The notes: generated from the letters alone by a model not told the origin. A stretch of DNA of 64,000 nt from Thermoplasmata archaeon (GCA_021792255.1 JAJYUZ010000004.1:99468-163467), one strand, 5' to 3'. Positions 40,696 through 50,604 are shown, counted from the first letter of the stretch. A program made the numbers and translations.

Positions 40696-41439
40696 TCAAC
40701 TGATTTGCGTTTCACTTACCACACCACAGACCTTGCACTTTTCATTCTTCGGTATCGGCATCACTTCCAGGGAAGGTTTCCACGAGTCAAAGTAAATGAG
40801 GTCTCCGTTCTGTTCATTTTTGATAAGAACCTTTATCGCAGTCGTTGCAGCAATGGATGATATCGCCTTTACTGCGCTCGGTATCACTCCTTGTACTGTA
40901 CAGGAAATTGCTTCGCCTTTGTCAGGGTAACCGAAGCAGGAGAGGCAGGACGTTCTTCCCGGAATTATCGCCTTGACGTATCCGTAGGTGCCCTCCACTG
41001 CGGAGAAGATCCAGGATTTTCTTAACCTAAATGCCGTGGTGTTTATGACGTTCCTGGCACTGTAATTGTCGGTTCCATCCATTATAATATCTCCACCAGC
41101 GAGGATCTCTTCAGCGTTCAAGAAATTGAGTTTCTGGTCTATGGCATTTACTGCGACACTTTCGTTCATCCGGACTAGCTGCTCCTTTGCTACGTCCACT
41201 TTCTTCAGTCCGATATCGCTTTCCATGTACAGAGATTGTCGATTGAGATTGCTAGCCTCTATGGTATCATTGTCCACGATCGTAATCTTTTGGACACCCA
41301 TTCTCACGAGTATTTCTGCGATCGACGAACCGGTTCCACCCATTCCGATGACCACTACACTAGAAGACTCTATCCTCTTCTGTCCTTCAGGAAATATCTC
41401 TTTGACTGCTATCTGGCTGAGATATTTCTCCAGAACCAT
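40696..41439 (-). CDS. moeB: MoeB/ThiF E1-like adenylyltransferase
   Basis: IGMGGTG, SNLNRQ, DGTDN, CLSC...CKVC. Confidence 0.88.
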   Translation of the reverse strand: MVLEKYLSQIAVKEIFPEGQKRIESSSVVVIGMGGTGSSIAEILVRMGVQKITIVDNDTIEASNLNRQSLYMESDIGLKKVDVAKEQLVRMNESVAVNAIDQKLNFLNAEEILAGGDIIMDGTDNYSARNVINTTAFRLRKSWIFSAVEGTYGYVKAIIPGRTSCLSCFGYPDKGEAISCTVQGVIPSAVKAISSIAATTAIKVLIKNEQNGDLIYFDSWKPSLEVMPIPKNEKCKVCGVVSETQIS

Positions 41440-41467
41440 GACTTGTTATAAACAAGCAAATAAAAAA

Positions 41468-41707
41468 CTATCCTCCGCTGACCGGAGGGAAGACCGAAAC
41501 GGTATCGCCATCAGAAAGCTGCACTTCTTCTTTTCCAAATCTGTTGTTCAGAGCTATCAGGGAGGTTTTGTCTCCGCTCAGTTTCGGGTATCTGTTCCTC
41601 AAGAATCCTAGTAGCTCCCTGACATTCATTTCATCTACCTCCAGAATCTCTTCTTTCTTGCCCGTGGAATCACGATACTTCGCGTAGTACTTGATAAGAA
41701 TCTTCAT
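41468..41707 (-). CDS. moaD: MoaD/SAMP ubiquitin-like sulfur carrier
   Basis: 79 aa ending FPPVSGG. Confidence 0.93.
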   Translation of the reverse strand: MKILIKYYAKYRDSTGKKEEILEVDEMNVRELLGFLRNRYPKLSGDKTSLIALNNRFGKEEVQLSDGDTVSVFPPVSGG

Positions 41708-42635
41708 CTATTTCCCTCCAGTAAGGTACTCTTGAATTGACTGCATTCTTAAATGCATAGAAAATCTGTTCATCATCTTTTCCTCTGAAGGTGAACAATT
41801 GATCGTGCCTGTTAAGACACGTTTGGAATTCGCCCTTTGACGTTATTCTAAGTCTGGTGCAGTGATTACAAAAATCGGCATTCCTCTGGGGTCGCACAAA
41901 CTCAACAACTCCCTCTTTCCCGTCTCCAGCAGAGATGTGGATTCTTCTTCTGTTGTGCAGGGAGTTGTATTCAATCTTGGAAGCCTTGTCCAAAATTCTA
42001 TCTTCGATCGTTCTGATATCGTAATGGTACTTCTGATAATTGTTTGCCACCTCTCCATTTCTGTCCGTCTCATATTCTATCAGTTGTAGTATCGCCCCCA
42101 TTCTCGAAGTGAATTCTATCATCGAGTCTATCTGGTGAACGTTCACACCATTGAGTACCACGAAGTTCACTTTTATCGGTGATAGACCTGCCGCAGCTGC
42201 AGCATTAATCCCCTCTTCAACGGCATCCAAGGCATCGACCTTGGTTATCTCCACAAAGTGATCTCGTTCAATTGAGTGCATAGAGATGTTTATTCTGTTC
42301 AGTCCTGCTTCCTTCAGTCCCTTGGCTCTGTCCTTGAGGAAGAAAGCGTTGGTCGTCAGGGAAATGTCTCCTGCTATGTGCTTTCTTGTCCTCTCGATTA
42401 TGTCCTCCAGATCTTTTCTGAGGAGAGGTTCACCCCCAGTAAATTTCACCCTATTCACGCCATTTTTTGCTGCGATCGCAACGGCCCTTTCTATCTCTTC
42501 CGGAGTCAGAGTAGAAGCACTCTCATCGGTTCCCTCCATGTGACAGAAAAAGCACTTGAAGTTGCAGGATGCGTTTACCTGAATCCTCAGGCTGTTTAAG
42601 GGTCTTCCAAAAGTATCGTAAAGCACTGTCGTCAC
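41670..42635 (-). CDS. moaA: GTP 3',8-cyclase
   Basis: CNFKCFFCHMEG, TGGEPLLR, FCNHCTRLR...CL. Confidence 0.94.
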   Translation of the reverse strand: MTTVLYDTFGRPLNSLRIQVNASCNFKCFFCHMEGTDESASTLTPEEIERAVAIAAKNGVNRVKFTGGEPLLRKDLEDIIERTRKHIAGDISLTTNAFFLKDRAKGLKEAGLNRINISMHSIERDHFVEITKVDALDAVEEGINAAAAAGLSPIKVNFVVLNGVNVHQIDSMIEFTSRMGAILQLIEYETDRNGEVANNYQKYHYDIRTIEDRILDKASKIEYNSLHNRRRIHISAGDGKEGVVEFVRPQRNADFCNHCTRLRITSKGEFQTCLNRHDQLFTFRGKDDEQIFYAFKNAVNSRVPYWREIDEDSYQVLREVS

Positions 42636-42688
42636 AATCCGTATCTGATATCAAAAACTTTGTGAAGCTTTTGAAATTAAAAGGAGAT

Positions 42689-43090
42689 TCAATGCCATGA
42701 TTCAGAACCATCTATGAAATGATCTTTCTTCCAGATTGGCAGTCTCGCCTTAATTTCTTCCACTATGTGGCTGCAAGCTTCAAATCCTTCCCTTCTGTGA
42801 GACGAGTACACAGCAACATAGAGGGAGATTTCTCCGGGTTTGACTATTCCCACTCTATGGACTGCTACGGCATCTATCAGCTTGAATTTCTCCTTAGCTT
42901 CCTCGAGGATTTTGTTCATTTCCGATCCAGCAAGTTTTTCATCAGAATCGTAGAAGAGATGAGCGAGTTCTTTTCCCGATTCCGTCTTCCTTACAATGCC
43001 CTCAAAGCTAACCTCAGCGCCTGTTTCCAAGTCACTTAGTTTATGAAGGGTTTCAGGGACAATACTATCGGTCTGGATGATTCCTTTCAC
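42689..43090 (-). CDS. moaE: molybdopterin synthase catalytic subunit
   Basis: GAEVSFEGIVR, HRVG, HRREGF, PIWKK. Confidence 0.92.
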   Translation of the reverse strand: MKGIIQTDSIVPETLHKLSDLETGAEVSFEGIVRKTESGKELAHLFYDSDEKLAGSEMNKILEEAKEKFKLIDAVAVHRVGIVKPGEISLYVAVYSSHRREGFEACSHIVEEIKARLPIWKKDHFIDGSESWH

Positions 43091-43346
43091 ATTTGTGAAT
43101 CTAAGTTCTAATTATCAATCTTTTGAGCAGATAGATGGATTGAAAAACATTGGCCCTAAAATGACAACGATTGGTTACACTATTACTGATTCTTTGTCCA
43201 CAGTTCGTACTCCGGAAGAGTGCGGCTTCTTCTCTGATAATGACGTACCGTTTCTCGACTCCAGTACGCCTGATTTGGTCCTCGTATCTTTAGGATAAGA
43301 CTAGATTCCTTGAGGCGCTCAACTTTTCGGGTTCGTACGCACAGAG

Positions 43347-44909
43347 TTAGACGTCGAATTTTACTCCTTGTGACAGCGGTATGTCCGTTCCCCAATTTAT
43401 CGTGACAGTCTGTCTTCTGGCATAATTTTTCCACGCATCGCTTCCGCTTTCCCTCCCTCCTCCAGTATCTTTCTCTCCACCGAAGGCCCCTCCTATCTCA
43501 GCACCAGCAGTTGCAGTGTTCACATTTGCCAGACCGCAGTCACTTCCCGTAGCGGAAAGAAATTTCTCCTCTTCTGTCAAGTCAGTTGTGAAAATGCTGG
43601 ACGACAGACCTTGCGGAACGGAGTTGTGTATTTCTATAGCATCTTCCAGTGTCTTGTATCTGAAAGCATACAGAATGGGAGCAAAGGTCTCCTCGCACGT
43701 GACTGGGGTCACCTTGGGCATTTCTATTAAAGTCGGTTCCACGTAAAATCCGTCCTTCAGATCCTTAAGCTTTACCACTTTTCCTCCGAACAGGACCTTC
43801 CCCCCTTCTTTCTTGGCTCTTCCAACTGCGGCGGTAAAGTTCTTCACCGCTTCCTCATCTATCAGGGGTCCGACTAGCACTCCTCTCTCTAGCGGATTAC
43901 CAACTTTGACACCCGCATAAATGCCTTTCAATCTATGAACAAACTCGTCGTAAACTTTGTCCTCAACTATGATGCGCCTTGTCGTCGTGCATCTCTGGCC
44001 AGCCGTTGCCAGTGCTCCAAAAGCGACTCCCTTCAGGGAAAGAGGGATGTTTGCCTTTGAGGTTACGATTGAACCGTTGTTTCCCCCTAGCTCTAGTATC
44101 GTCTTGCCAAATCTTCTTGCAACAGTCTCTGACACAGTCCTTCCCGACTTTACGGATCCGGTGAAAGATATCAGCTTGACTCTTGTGTCAGAGGACATGA
44201 GAGTCCCAATTTCTCTCCCGCTCCCCGTGATCAGAGAGAAGATTCCTGGATAACGATTTTCTTTTACAACTTTAGTGACTATATTCATGACGGATATTGC
44301 GGTAAGCATCGCCTTGGAGGAAGGCTTCCATATAACAGCATCTCCTACAATAGCTGCAATGAAAGAGTTCCAAGACCATACCGAAGATGGAAAGTTGAAG
44401 GATGTGATGACACCTATAACACCAAGAGGTTGATACTGTTCGTACATTCTGTGATCCTTTCTTTCGCTGGCCATCTGAAGCCCGTGAAGTTGTCTCGAAA
44501 GTCCTACGGCAAAATCGGCGATGTCTATCATTTCCTGGATTTCTCCCTCTCCCTCAACGGTCGTTTTTCCAGTTTCGATAGAAACAATTCTACCCAGACT
44601 CTTCTTCTTAAGTCTCAGTTCATTTCCGATCAGCCTGATTAAATCTCCTCTTTGTGGGGGAGTGAGTTTCGTCCACTGACTAAATGCCTTCTCCGATTTC
44701 TTTACTGCTTCCTCGTAGTCTTCTCTTGAACCAGTGATTATGGATGCTATGGGTCTACCATCTATAGGGCTGATAGATTCTACAACTTTCCCCGATGGCT
44801 TCTTTGTCCAACCTTCAGAATAAATACCTGAATTTAGCTGTTTAAGATCCAAGTCATCCAGCACGTACTTTCTAAGCTTGATTAAATCCATAAATATCGG
44901 ATTCCTCAT
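43347..44909 (-). CDS. aldehyde dehydrogenase, ALDH7/antiquitin-like
   Basis: SFNFP, FTGS, LELGGNN, AGQRCTT, ETFAPI, GAEIGGAFGGEK.TGGGRESGSD. Confidence 0.94.
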   Translation of the reverse strand: MRNPIFMDLIKLRKYVLDDLDLKQLNSGIYSEGWTKKPSGKVVESISPIDGRPIASIITGSREDYEEAVKKSEKAFSQWTKLTPPQRGDLIRLIGNELRLKKKSLGRIVSIETGKTTVEGEGEIQEMIDIADFAVGLSRQLHGLQMASERKDHRMYEQYQPLGVIGVITSFNFPSSVWSWNSFIAAIVGDAVIWKPSSKAMLTAISVMNIVTKVVKENRYPGIFSLITGSGREIGTLMSSDTRVKLISFTGSVKSGRTVSETVARRFGKTILELGGNNGSIVTSKANIPLSLKGVAFGALATAGQRCTTTRRIIVEDKVYDEFVHRLKGIYAGVKVGNPLERGVLVGPLIDEEAVKNFTAAVGRAKKEGGKVLFGGKVVKLKDLKDGFYVEPTLIEMPKVTPVTCEETFAPILYAFRYKTLEDAIEIHNSVPQGLSSSIFTTDLTEEEKFLSATGSDCGLANVNTATAGAEIGGAFGGEKDTGGGRESGSDAWKNYARRQTVTINWGTDIPLSQGVKFDV

Positions 44910-44944
44910 ATTATTAATAGTAATATCTTTTACTTAACCGTCAA

Positions 44945-45018
44945 GGGCTTGTAGTGTAGCTTGGATAGCACAGGAGCCTCCGGAGCTCCTAATTCGGGTT
45001 CAAATCCCGACAAGCCCG
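44945..45018 (+). tRNA. tRNA-Arg(CCG)
   Basis: GGGCTTG acceptor, GGAGC-CTCCGGA-GCTCC, GGTTCAAATCC. Confidence 0.95.
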
Positions 45019-45699
45019 CTTAAACCTTTAGGCGAATCTTCAAACTCTTACAAAAAAACTTAAATAAAGCACAGTTTCTATTGCCTATGTCGAAGAAAAT
45101 TGCAATAGTGGGAGCACCGATTATGGTGATTGCTCTATCACCGACTCCAATCGCATTCCATATATCGCAGACATCCGCAGGCGCTATGTTTAGAGAAAAC
45201 TTTGCAGAATCTTCTGGTATTCCTCTGCCGAGAGCAACCGCTCATAATCATAGTTGATTGTGTTTCTCATTCCCACCTGTCCATGACGCATCACTATCAA
45301 TTCCAAAATTTCAGACCTCTTTTATTTGTAATCCAAACTGAGCTCTGTGTATATAACGATAACCTATATCTTTCTGGTACAGTAAAAATTCATAATACAG
45401 GCAAGGCTCACCAACAAACTGACTACACTCAACCTGAATCAGCAACCAATCTCAGAGGATAAGGAATTTGTAAGGAGATATCTATCTTCTCCATTATGCT
45501 CACCGACTAATTGATACTAGGCAGCGCAGCAGTCTAATTCCCGCAGCTTAATCGAAGGCTGATGAGAATGTCAAGCGACTCAGCCGTGCTCCGCACACGA
45601 TCTGCCGGAGCTTCTCTTGGAGAAGAGCTAATAAATAGTTCGTATTTCCTAAAGATTAGCTAAGACGAACGATTATATACTTCGAATATATTAGGAAGA

Positions 45700-46167
45700 G
45701 TGAAAAATCTTAAGCAAACTATAACTGAGGTATCGGAACGTACTGTACTTGTTGGAAATTTCAAGGGAATGACCGATGATGTTATGATATGGAGACACAA
45801 GCTGCTGAGAGACGAGGGGATGACTCGGCCCGGTCTTTTCTTGATGCACTTTGTGAGCAAGAAGGGTCCGCTGAAGTTAACAGATTGCTCTGTAAGCCTT
45901 GGGGTCTCCAAACCTACAGTCACAAAGATAGTTGACAATCTCGAGAAAAATGGATATGTTGAGAGGAAAAAAGAAGGTGGAGACAGAAGGAGTTATTATG
46001 TTCACCTCACAGATAGGGGGAAGGAGAGGCTTGATGCCATCAACAAGCAGTTGGAAGACGTATTTTACGGTGCAATGAAGGAATTGAAGATTGAAGAAGT
46101 GAAGCGCTTGAATTCTTCCATAGCAATGATTAGGGAAGGACTTAGATCTATTCAATTAAGGAACTAA
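45700..46167 (+). CDS. MarR family transcriptional regulator
   Basis: LGVSKPTVTKIVDNLEKNGYVER...DRRSYYVHLTDRG. Confidence 0.92.
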   Translation: MKNLKQTITEVSERTVLVGNFKGMTDDVMIWRHKLLRDEGMTRPGLFLMHFVSKKGPLKLTDCSVSLGVSKPTVTKIVDNLEKNGYVERKKEGGDRRSYYVHLTDRGKERLDAINKQLEDVFYGAMKELKIEEVKRLNSSIAMIREGLRSIQLRN

Positions 46168-46170
46168 AAG

Positions 46171-47679
46171 GTGTTTGAAATGAATCAAAATGGAAATGGA
46201 AATGCAGGATACGACAGGCATTACACCAACAGAGTGATGATGCTTCTTGCATTCATTGTTATCATAGTGATGTACGTGGAGGGAATGCTCACTCCCTCAC
46301 TTAGAAGCATTGCCTCGGGGTTCAGCGTGAGTGTGTCTCAGGTCAGTCTCGTTCTGTCGAGCTACCTGGTGGGAGGCGTTATCCTGACGCCAATCATAGG
46401 TAAGTTGGGTGATATATACGGCAAGAAGAAGATGCTTTCAATTTCTCTGATCGTGTATGCGATATTTGTGTCTGTCACCGGTTTTTCACCAAACTTCACA
46501 TTCATGGTGGTATCCAGAGCGATTCAGGGGATAGGACTCACTATCCTACCTCTTGGTATGAGCCTGATAAGGGAAGAGTTCCCAAAAGAGCTCATTCCTA
46601 AGGCACAGGCCCTGATAAGCGCTATGTTTGGTGTCGGGTTTGCAGTGAGTCTTCCTCTCGGTTCACTGGTCTCAAATGACTTTGGATGGAGATGGACTTA
46701 TCACAGCGCTGTGCCGTTTGTTGTGTTTGCGACAATACTCGCGTTGATAATGATCAAGGAATCCAAGTACAAGAGACCGCAAGTAAGGATCGATTATGTC
46801 GGAGCGAGTCTTCTCGGGGCTGTACTAGGATCTTTTGTCTTCGCTCTCTCTCAGGGACCTGTGTGGGGATGGACTTCCACAAGCGTCGTTTCGCTGTTCG
46901 CGATAGCAGCTATCCTGATAGTCCCGCTGATAATGTACGAACTCAGATATACGAAGAATGGAGGGGAAGCAGTACTGAACTTCAGGCTTCTTGCGCAAAG
47001 GAATGTTATGGTAACGAATCTCGCAATTGCAATTTCCGGTATGGGTATGTTCCTAGCTATGCAGGCACTGACATTCAGATTCGAACTGCCTATTCCGGAT
47101 GGATTGGGGAAGAGTATTCTTGCTACGGGAATTTCGATGATTCCTTTTGCTCTCGGAATGATAGTATTCGCACCCATAACTGGACAGCTCATTTCAAGGG
47201 TCGGGGTTAAACCATTTGCAATTTTAGGGAGCGTTATAGCAGGAATTGGATTCTTACTTCAAGCCATGATTCCTTCATATACTATGGTCATGGTTTACGA
47301 ATTTGTGACTGGATCTGGACTGTCTATGCTCAATGCATCTGTCATCAACTACCTTATACTCACCGTCGATCCGAGAGACATGGGACTAGCAACTGGGATG
47401 AACGGAACCTTCAGAAACGTCGGAAGTGCAATCGGAGCACCGACCGCAGGATCACTCTTATCAACTTTTACCGCAACTTATACTATCGGAAGTGTCGCCG
47501 GTCATCCTATAACCGCGGTACTCCCGTCACATCTGGCCTTTTACTATGCATTCATTATAGCAGCTGCAACGTTCGCTGCGGGAATAGTGACAATATATTT
47601 CGGAGAAGAAGTGCTGGGTAAGAAGTTGCTAAGGGAGACGGAAAAGAGAAATTTCGAAGCGGAGTTCCAAATAAAATAA
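46171..47679 (+). CDS. MFS drug/metabolite efflux transporter (14-TM DHA2-like)
   Basis: GKLGDIYGKK motif A, RAIQGIG, GWRW. Confidence 0.93.
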   Translation: MFEMNQNGNGNAGYDRHYTNRVMMLLAFIVIIVMYVEGMLTPSLRSIASGFSVSVSQVSLVLSSYLVGGVILTPIIGKLGDIYGKKKMLSISLIVYAIFVSVTGFSPNFTFMVVSRAIQGIGLTILPLGMSLIREEFPKELIPKAQALISAMFGVGFAVSLPLGSLVSNDFGWRWTYHSAVPFVVFATILALIMIKESKYKRPQVRIDYVGASLLGAVLGSFVFALSQGPVWGWTSTSVVSLFAIAAILIVPLIMYELRYTKNGGEAVLNFRLLAQRNVMVTNLAIAISGMGMFLAMQALTFRFELPIPDGLGKSILATGISMIPFALGMIVFAPITGQLISRVGVKPFAILGSVIAGIGFLLQAMIPSYTMVMVYEFVTGSGLSMLNASVINYLILTVDPRDMGLATGMNGTFRNVGSAIGAPTAGSLLSTFTATYTIGSVAGHPITAVLPSHLAFYYAFIIAAATFAAGIVTIYFGEEVLGKKLLRETEKRNFEAEFQIK

Positions 47680-47746
47680 ACTTCTCAGATTCTTCTAATT
47701 TTTTTTCACTTCTTTTCTCTGGAGTCAGATCCGGATTTTGACGTAG

Positions 47747-47821
47747 TGGGGCCGATCGGATTTGGACCGACGACCTCCCGGTTATCAGCCGGGTGCTCTA
47801 ACCAATCTAAGCTACGGCCCC
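47747..47821 (-). tRNA. tRNA-Ile(GAT)
   Basis: GGGGCCGTAGCTTAG...CCCGG-CTGATAA-CCGGG...GGTCCAAATCCGATCGGCCCCA; T-loop is atypical. Confidence 0.92.
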
Positions 47822-47897
47822 TGAATTCGTGAATTTACTAAAATATTAATGCTTTTACTAAGAATTAGAGAACAAGAAAATACAGAAGGAAATAAGA

Positions 47898-48020
47898 TCA
47901 ATAATTTGTCCCTTCGAGAATTTGTCTTGCTATTCTCTTGACCTCCTCCTCTTCGTCAGCAACTCTTCTCATTTTTTGGAAGAAATTCTCTTCCGATATA
48001 GTCTCGAATTTCTCACTCAT
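47898..48020 (-). CDS. 40-aa hypothetical protein
   Basis: MSEKFETISEENFFQKMRRVADEEEEVKRIARQILEGTNY; BRE/TATA-like sequence at ~48051-48065. Confidence 0.45.
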   Translation of the reverse strand: MSEKFETISEENFFQKMRRVADEEEEVKRIARQILEGTNY

Positions 48021-48064
48021 ATGACATCTGTATGATAATTGTCTGACAACTATTAATACTTTAC

Positions 48065-48173
48065 TGCAGACCGGGCTTTGCACATAAAGTCAAGGAATTG
48101 GCCGACTTTACGTACGCTTTAAATACTTTGTGTGCAGGAAGCACTTCTTGTGCAGAATGGACTTTACGTGCAG
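48065..48173. repeat. left end of element A: 9-bp duplication, TIR and four subterminal 14-bp motifs
   Basis: GACTTTACGTACGC 48104, TACTTTGTGTGCAG 48124, CACTTCTTGTGCAG 48142, GACTTTACGTGCAG 48160. Confidence 0.85.
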
Positions 48174-48349
48174 AAGTGAAATTCTCAGATGGGCATCTTC
48201 GGCGTATGGTAATGATTTGGTTATCTTCGCTTAAGGATCCTTGTTATTACTTCGCTATCTTTTAACCGTATCCCATATATTACCTATGGCAAACATTGTA
48301 TCTTCTGTATCTCTTCAAGAGCCTCTTTTACTCAATAACACAAAGGTTG

Positions 48350-48862
48350 TTACTCTAGGGTAACCTCTCCACCGCCAGAAATTCTTATTGTAGCCCAATG
48401 ATAATTTTGTGTCTGAATTACCCCTTTAATCATCTGCTGTTGCGTCCTTCTATTACCATCCACATCTGAATGATCCAAGAAGACAATTCTATCGACTCCC
48501 CTGGCATTCATTCCATCAAATACCACAAAATCTACAGGATGAAATAATGTCTTTACATCTTGGGGGTTAAATCCGCTATCGATTAGTGATGGAATAATTT
48601 TCTTAAGTCTCTTTGGAAGCTCCCTTTGGGTCGCTTTGTTTATTGCCTTATCTCTCATCTCTCTTTCTCGAGACTCAAGATCGTCCATTTTCCCCTGTAG
48701 TTCTTCTTGCTTTTTCTCAATTCTGTCCAACCAATCGGGCACATACTCTGAGTTGTATGATATCTGGATGTCAACTAAGCGGAAAAGGGTCGTGCAGTGA
48801 GGACAAACTCCGAAAATATGGCGCTGTTCCCTTATTAGTGTTGATACCGACATATCGTTCAT
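48350..48862 (-). CDS. Holliday-junction-resolvase-like (Endonuc_Holl-type) protein, catalytic (E/D)xK apparently lost
   Basis: CPHC, coiled coil, DVKTLFHPVDFVVFDGM...IVFLDH. Confidence 0.75.
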   Translation of the reverse strand: MNDMSVSTLIREQRHIFGVCPHCTTLFRLVDIQISYNSEYVPDWLDRIEKKQEELQGKMDDLESREREMRDKAINKATQRELPKRLKKIIPSLIDSGFNPQDVKTLFHPVDFVVFDGMNARGVDRIVFLDHSDVDGNRRTQQQMIKGVIQTQNYHWATIRISGGGEVTLE

Positions 48863-49356
48863 AACTTGTACAACTCCAACTCCACTTTTTTTAGTCTAAC
48901 TGCATCTCTAATCTGTCTTTGGTTAGTCTTGAGTCTAGCACTACCAGTCTTGACATCTGAAAATACAATATTATCAACTAGATTCTTTACCGTAAGTCCA
49001 TCGAAGATCAAGTAATCTATTGGTTCTCCGAGGAATCTGCAATCATTAATGTGATATGGGAAACCTGGGAGTATAGGACCTACTTTTTCAACTATCTTAC
49101 CAACCTTGACTTCTATCGATTTTTGTGGAGCTCCTTTGGTGATTGATTCTTTTTTCTTCTTAATGTCCTCTTGTAATATTTCAAGTTCTACTTCGAACTT
49201 CTCTTTTTCTGTTTTTCCCTGAGAAGAGAAGAAATCAGAATAAAATAATCCAGCATTTTTCAGTTTGAACTGCTCTCCACAAGTTGGGCACTCACCGATA
49301 TATTTCGGGTCATTCGAAAGTTCATCTATTAATCCTTTGACCTGATGAGGCATCAT
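48859..49356 (-). CDS. Holliday-junction-resolvase-like (Endonuc_Holl-type) PD-(D/E)xK endonuclease
   Basis: CPTC, coiled coil, DCRFLGEPIDYLIFDGL...IVFSDVKTG.ARL...QRQIRDAV. Confidence 0.82.
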   Translation of the reverse strand: MMPHQVKGLIDELSNDPKYIGECPTCGEQFKLKNAGLFYSDFFSSQGKTEKEKFEVELEILQEDIKKKKESITKGAPQKSIEVKVGKIVEKVGPILPGFPYHINDCRFLGEPIDYLIFDGLTVKNLVDNIVFSDVKTGSARLKTNQRQIRDAVRLKKVELELYKL

Positions 49357-49449
49357 ATTGGACTACTGAGTGCCAGTATAAAAATAACTTTACCAATTAA
49401 AGTGTACTCTAAAAATGAAAAGAGATAGTCGACATACCCTATCGTTAGA

Positions 49450-50472
49450 TTATGAGGAGAAATTTGGCTCAATTCCCAGCTCGTACATCTCCTGAATCAA
49501 GACTAGAATGTTGTATGCGATCGCTTTGCATAGCAGCTCATTTTTTTGAGCAATTGGGTTCTTCGATTTTAGTGAATCTCCCAGCTTCTGCTTCATAGAA
49601 AAGAAAGTTGTCTCGACGTTGGATCTTGCGTGGTAATGCCTTTCAAATTCTTCCCTGTTGTATATGAACATTGCATACATCTTTCGATATATTTTGCTAC
49701 CCTTGGGTTTGCCAGTCGAATTGCTCTTAAAAGGTATATATGGAGTGCCTCCAATATTATCTATAAACGACAGATTCTTTCGTGAGAGATATGCCTTGTC
49801 CGCGTAAGCTTCCTCTATACTGAATCCAAGTCCTCTAGTTCTCTCGATCAGCGGCATAAATTGTTTTATATCTGCACTGTTCGCGTTTCCGATTTCGATC
49901 GCTGTTATTATATTAGTTTTTACGCCTATCGTAATATGGGCCTTTATCCAATTGTATTCTTTCTTGAGCCCATATTTCTGTAAGGCATACTCAGTAAACC
50001 TACTAGTTCTGAAACCAGAGCTATCTGTGGCAAATCCAGTTTCAACCGACCTCAAAGGCAGAGATGTTTTAGAAAGCAAGTCTTGTAGGATTTCTGTAAT
50101 TTCAGGTCTATTTAGGACTCTGGAAGAAATATTAAAGTGGGGTTTGTATACGATTTGACCCTTCTCCAGCGCAGAGATTAAGAAAGAGGCAGATCTTCTG
50201 ACCGACAGTTGAGAATACACCTTTTGAATCGTACAAAAGAGCTCATCCCTCAATAACGTTCTCGGTCGCCCCATACTTTGCAAAGGCTCATTTACGTCTG
50301 AAACCAAATCGCTTAGCAGTTCATTGAATATCCTAAATTCTTGGGTCTGGGCTAGGTTGTAAGCCTTCCAATCCTGTGGGTACGTAACCTTGATGGTCAT
50401 TAGTACCGACACATCTCTTTTATGGGAGTTATTGTTCCTTGCTTGCTCCGGTGGTTCTTTCACGGGCTCCAC
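49450..50472 (-). CDS. DDE transposase, IS4/IS5-like (DDE_Tnp_1 type)
   Basis: TYPQDWKAYN.AQ, ATDSSGF, WIKAH, ADKAY, YHARSNVETTF..KQKLG. Confidence 0.9.
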   Translation of the reverse strand: MEPVKEPPEQARNNNSHKRDVSVLMTIKVTYPQDWKAYNLAQTQEFRIFNELLSDLVSDVNEPLQSMGRPRTLLRDELFCTIQKVYSQLSVRRSASFLISALEKGQIVYKPHFNISSRVLNRPEITEILQDLLSKTSLPLRSVETGFATDSSGFRTSRFTEYALQKYGLKKEYNWIKAHITIGVKTNIITAIEIGNANSADIKQFMPLIERTRGLGFSIEEAYADKAYLSRKNLSFIDNIGGTPYIPFKSNSTGKPKGSKIYRKMYAMFIYNREEFERHYHARSNVETTFFSMKQKLGDSLKSKNPIAQKNELLCKAIAYNILVLIQEMYELGIEPNFSS

Positions 50473-50500
50473 CTTCTATCCAAAGATCCTTTTGCTGCCA

Positions 50501-50601
50501 TACCATATTACCGTAATACCGTATTGTCTACTTGAATATTAATATTGCGGTATCATGGTAAAACGGTATGCAAATATTTAATACCTTGATACCATATTAC
50601 C
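50501..50601. promoter_or_regulatory. divergent promoter with nine TACC/GGTA operator half-sites at 8-bp period
   Basis: TACC at 50501/50509/50517, GGTA at 50549/50557/50565, TACC at 50582/50590/50598, interleaved with TATA-like AATATTAATATT and TATTTAATA. Confidence 0.7.
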
Positions 50602-50604
50602 AGG

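Noticed and set aside
45088-45462. Possible secreted-protein gene after tRNA-Arg(CCG)
   Set aside because: Broken across frames with no recognisable family; at most a relic
45470-45630. CTGATGA with nearby hairpins as a second hammerhead, fluoride riboswitch or C/D RNA
   Set aside because: No GAAA after a stem II, no closing stems, and no GGxGAUG..CC pseudoknot or D box in register
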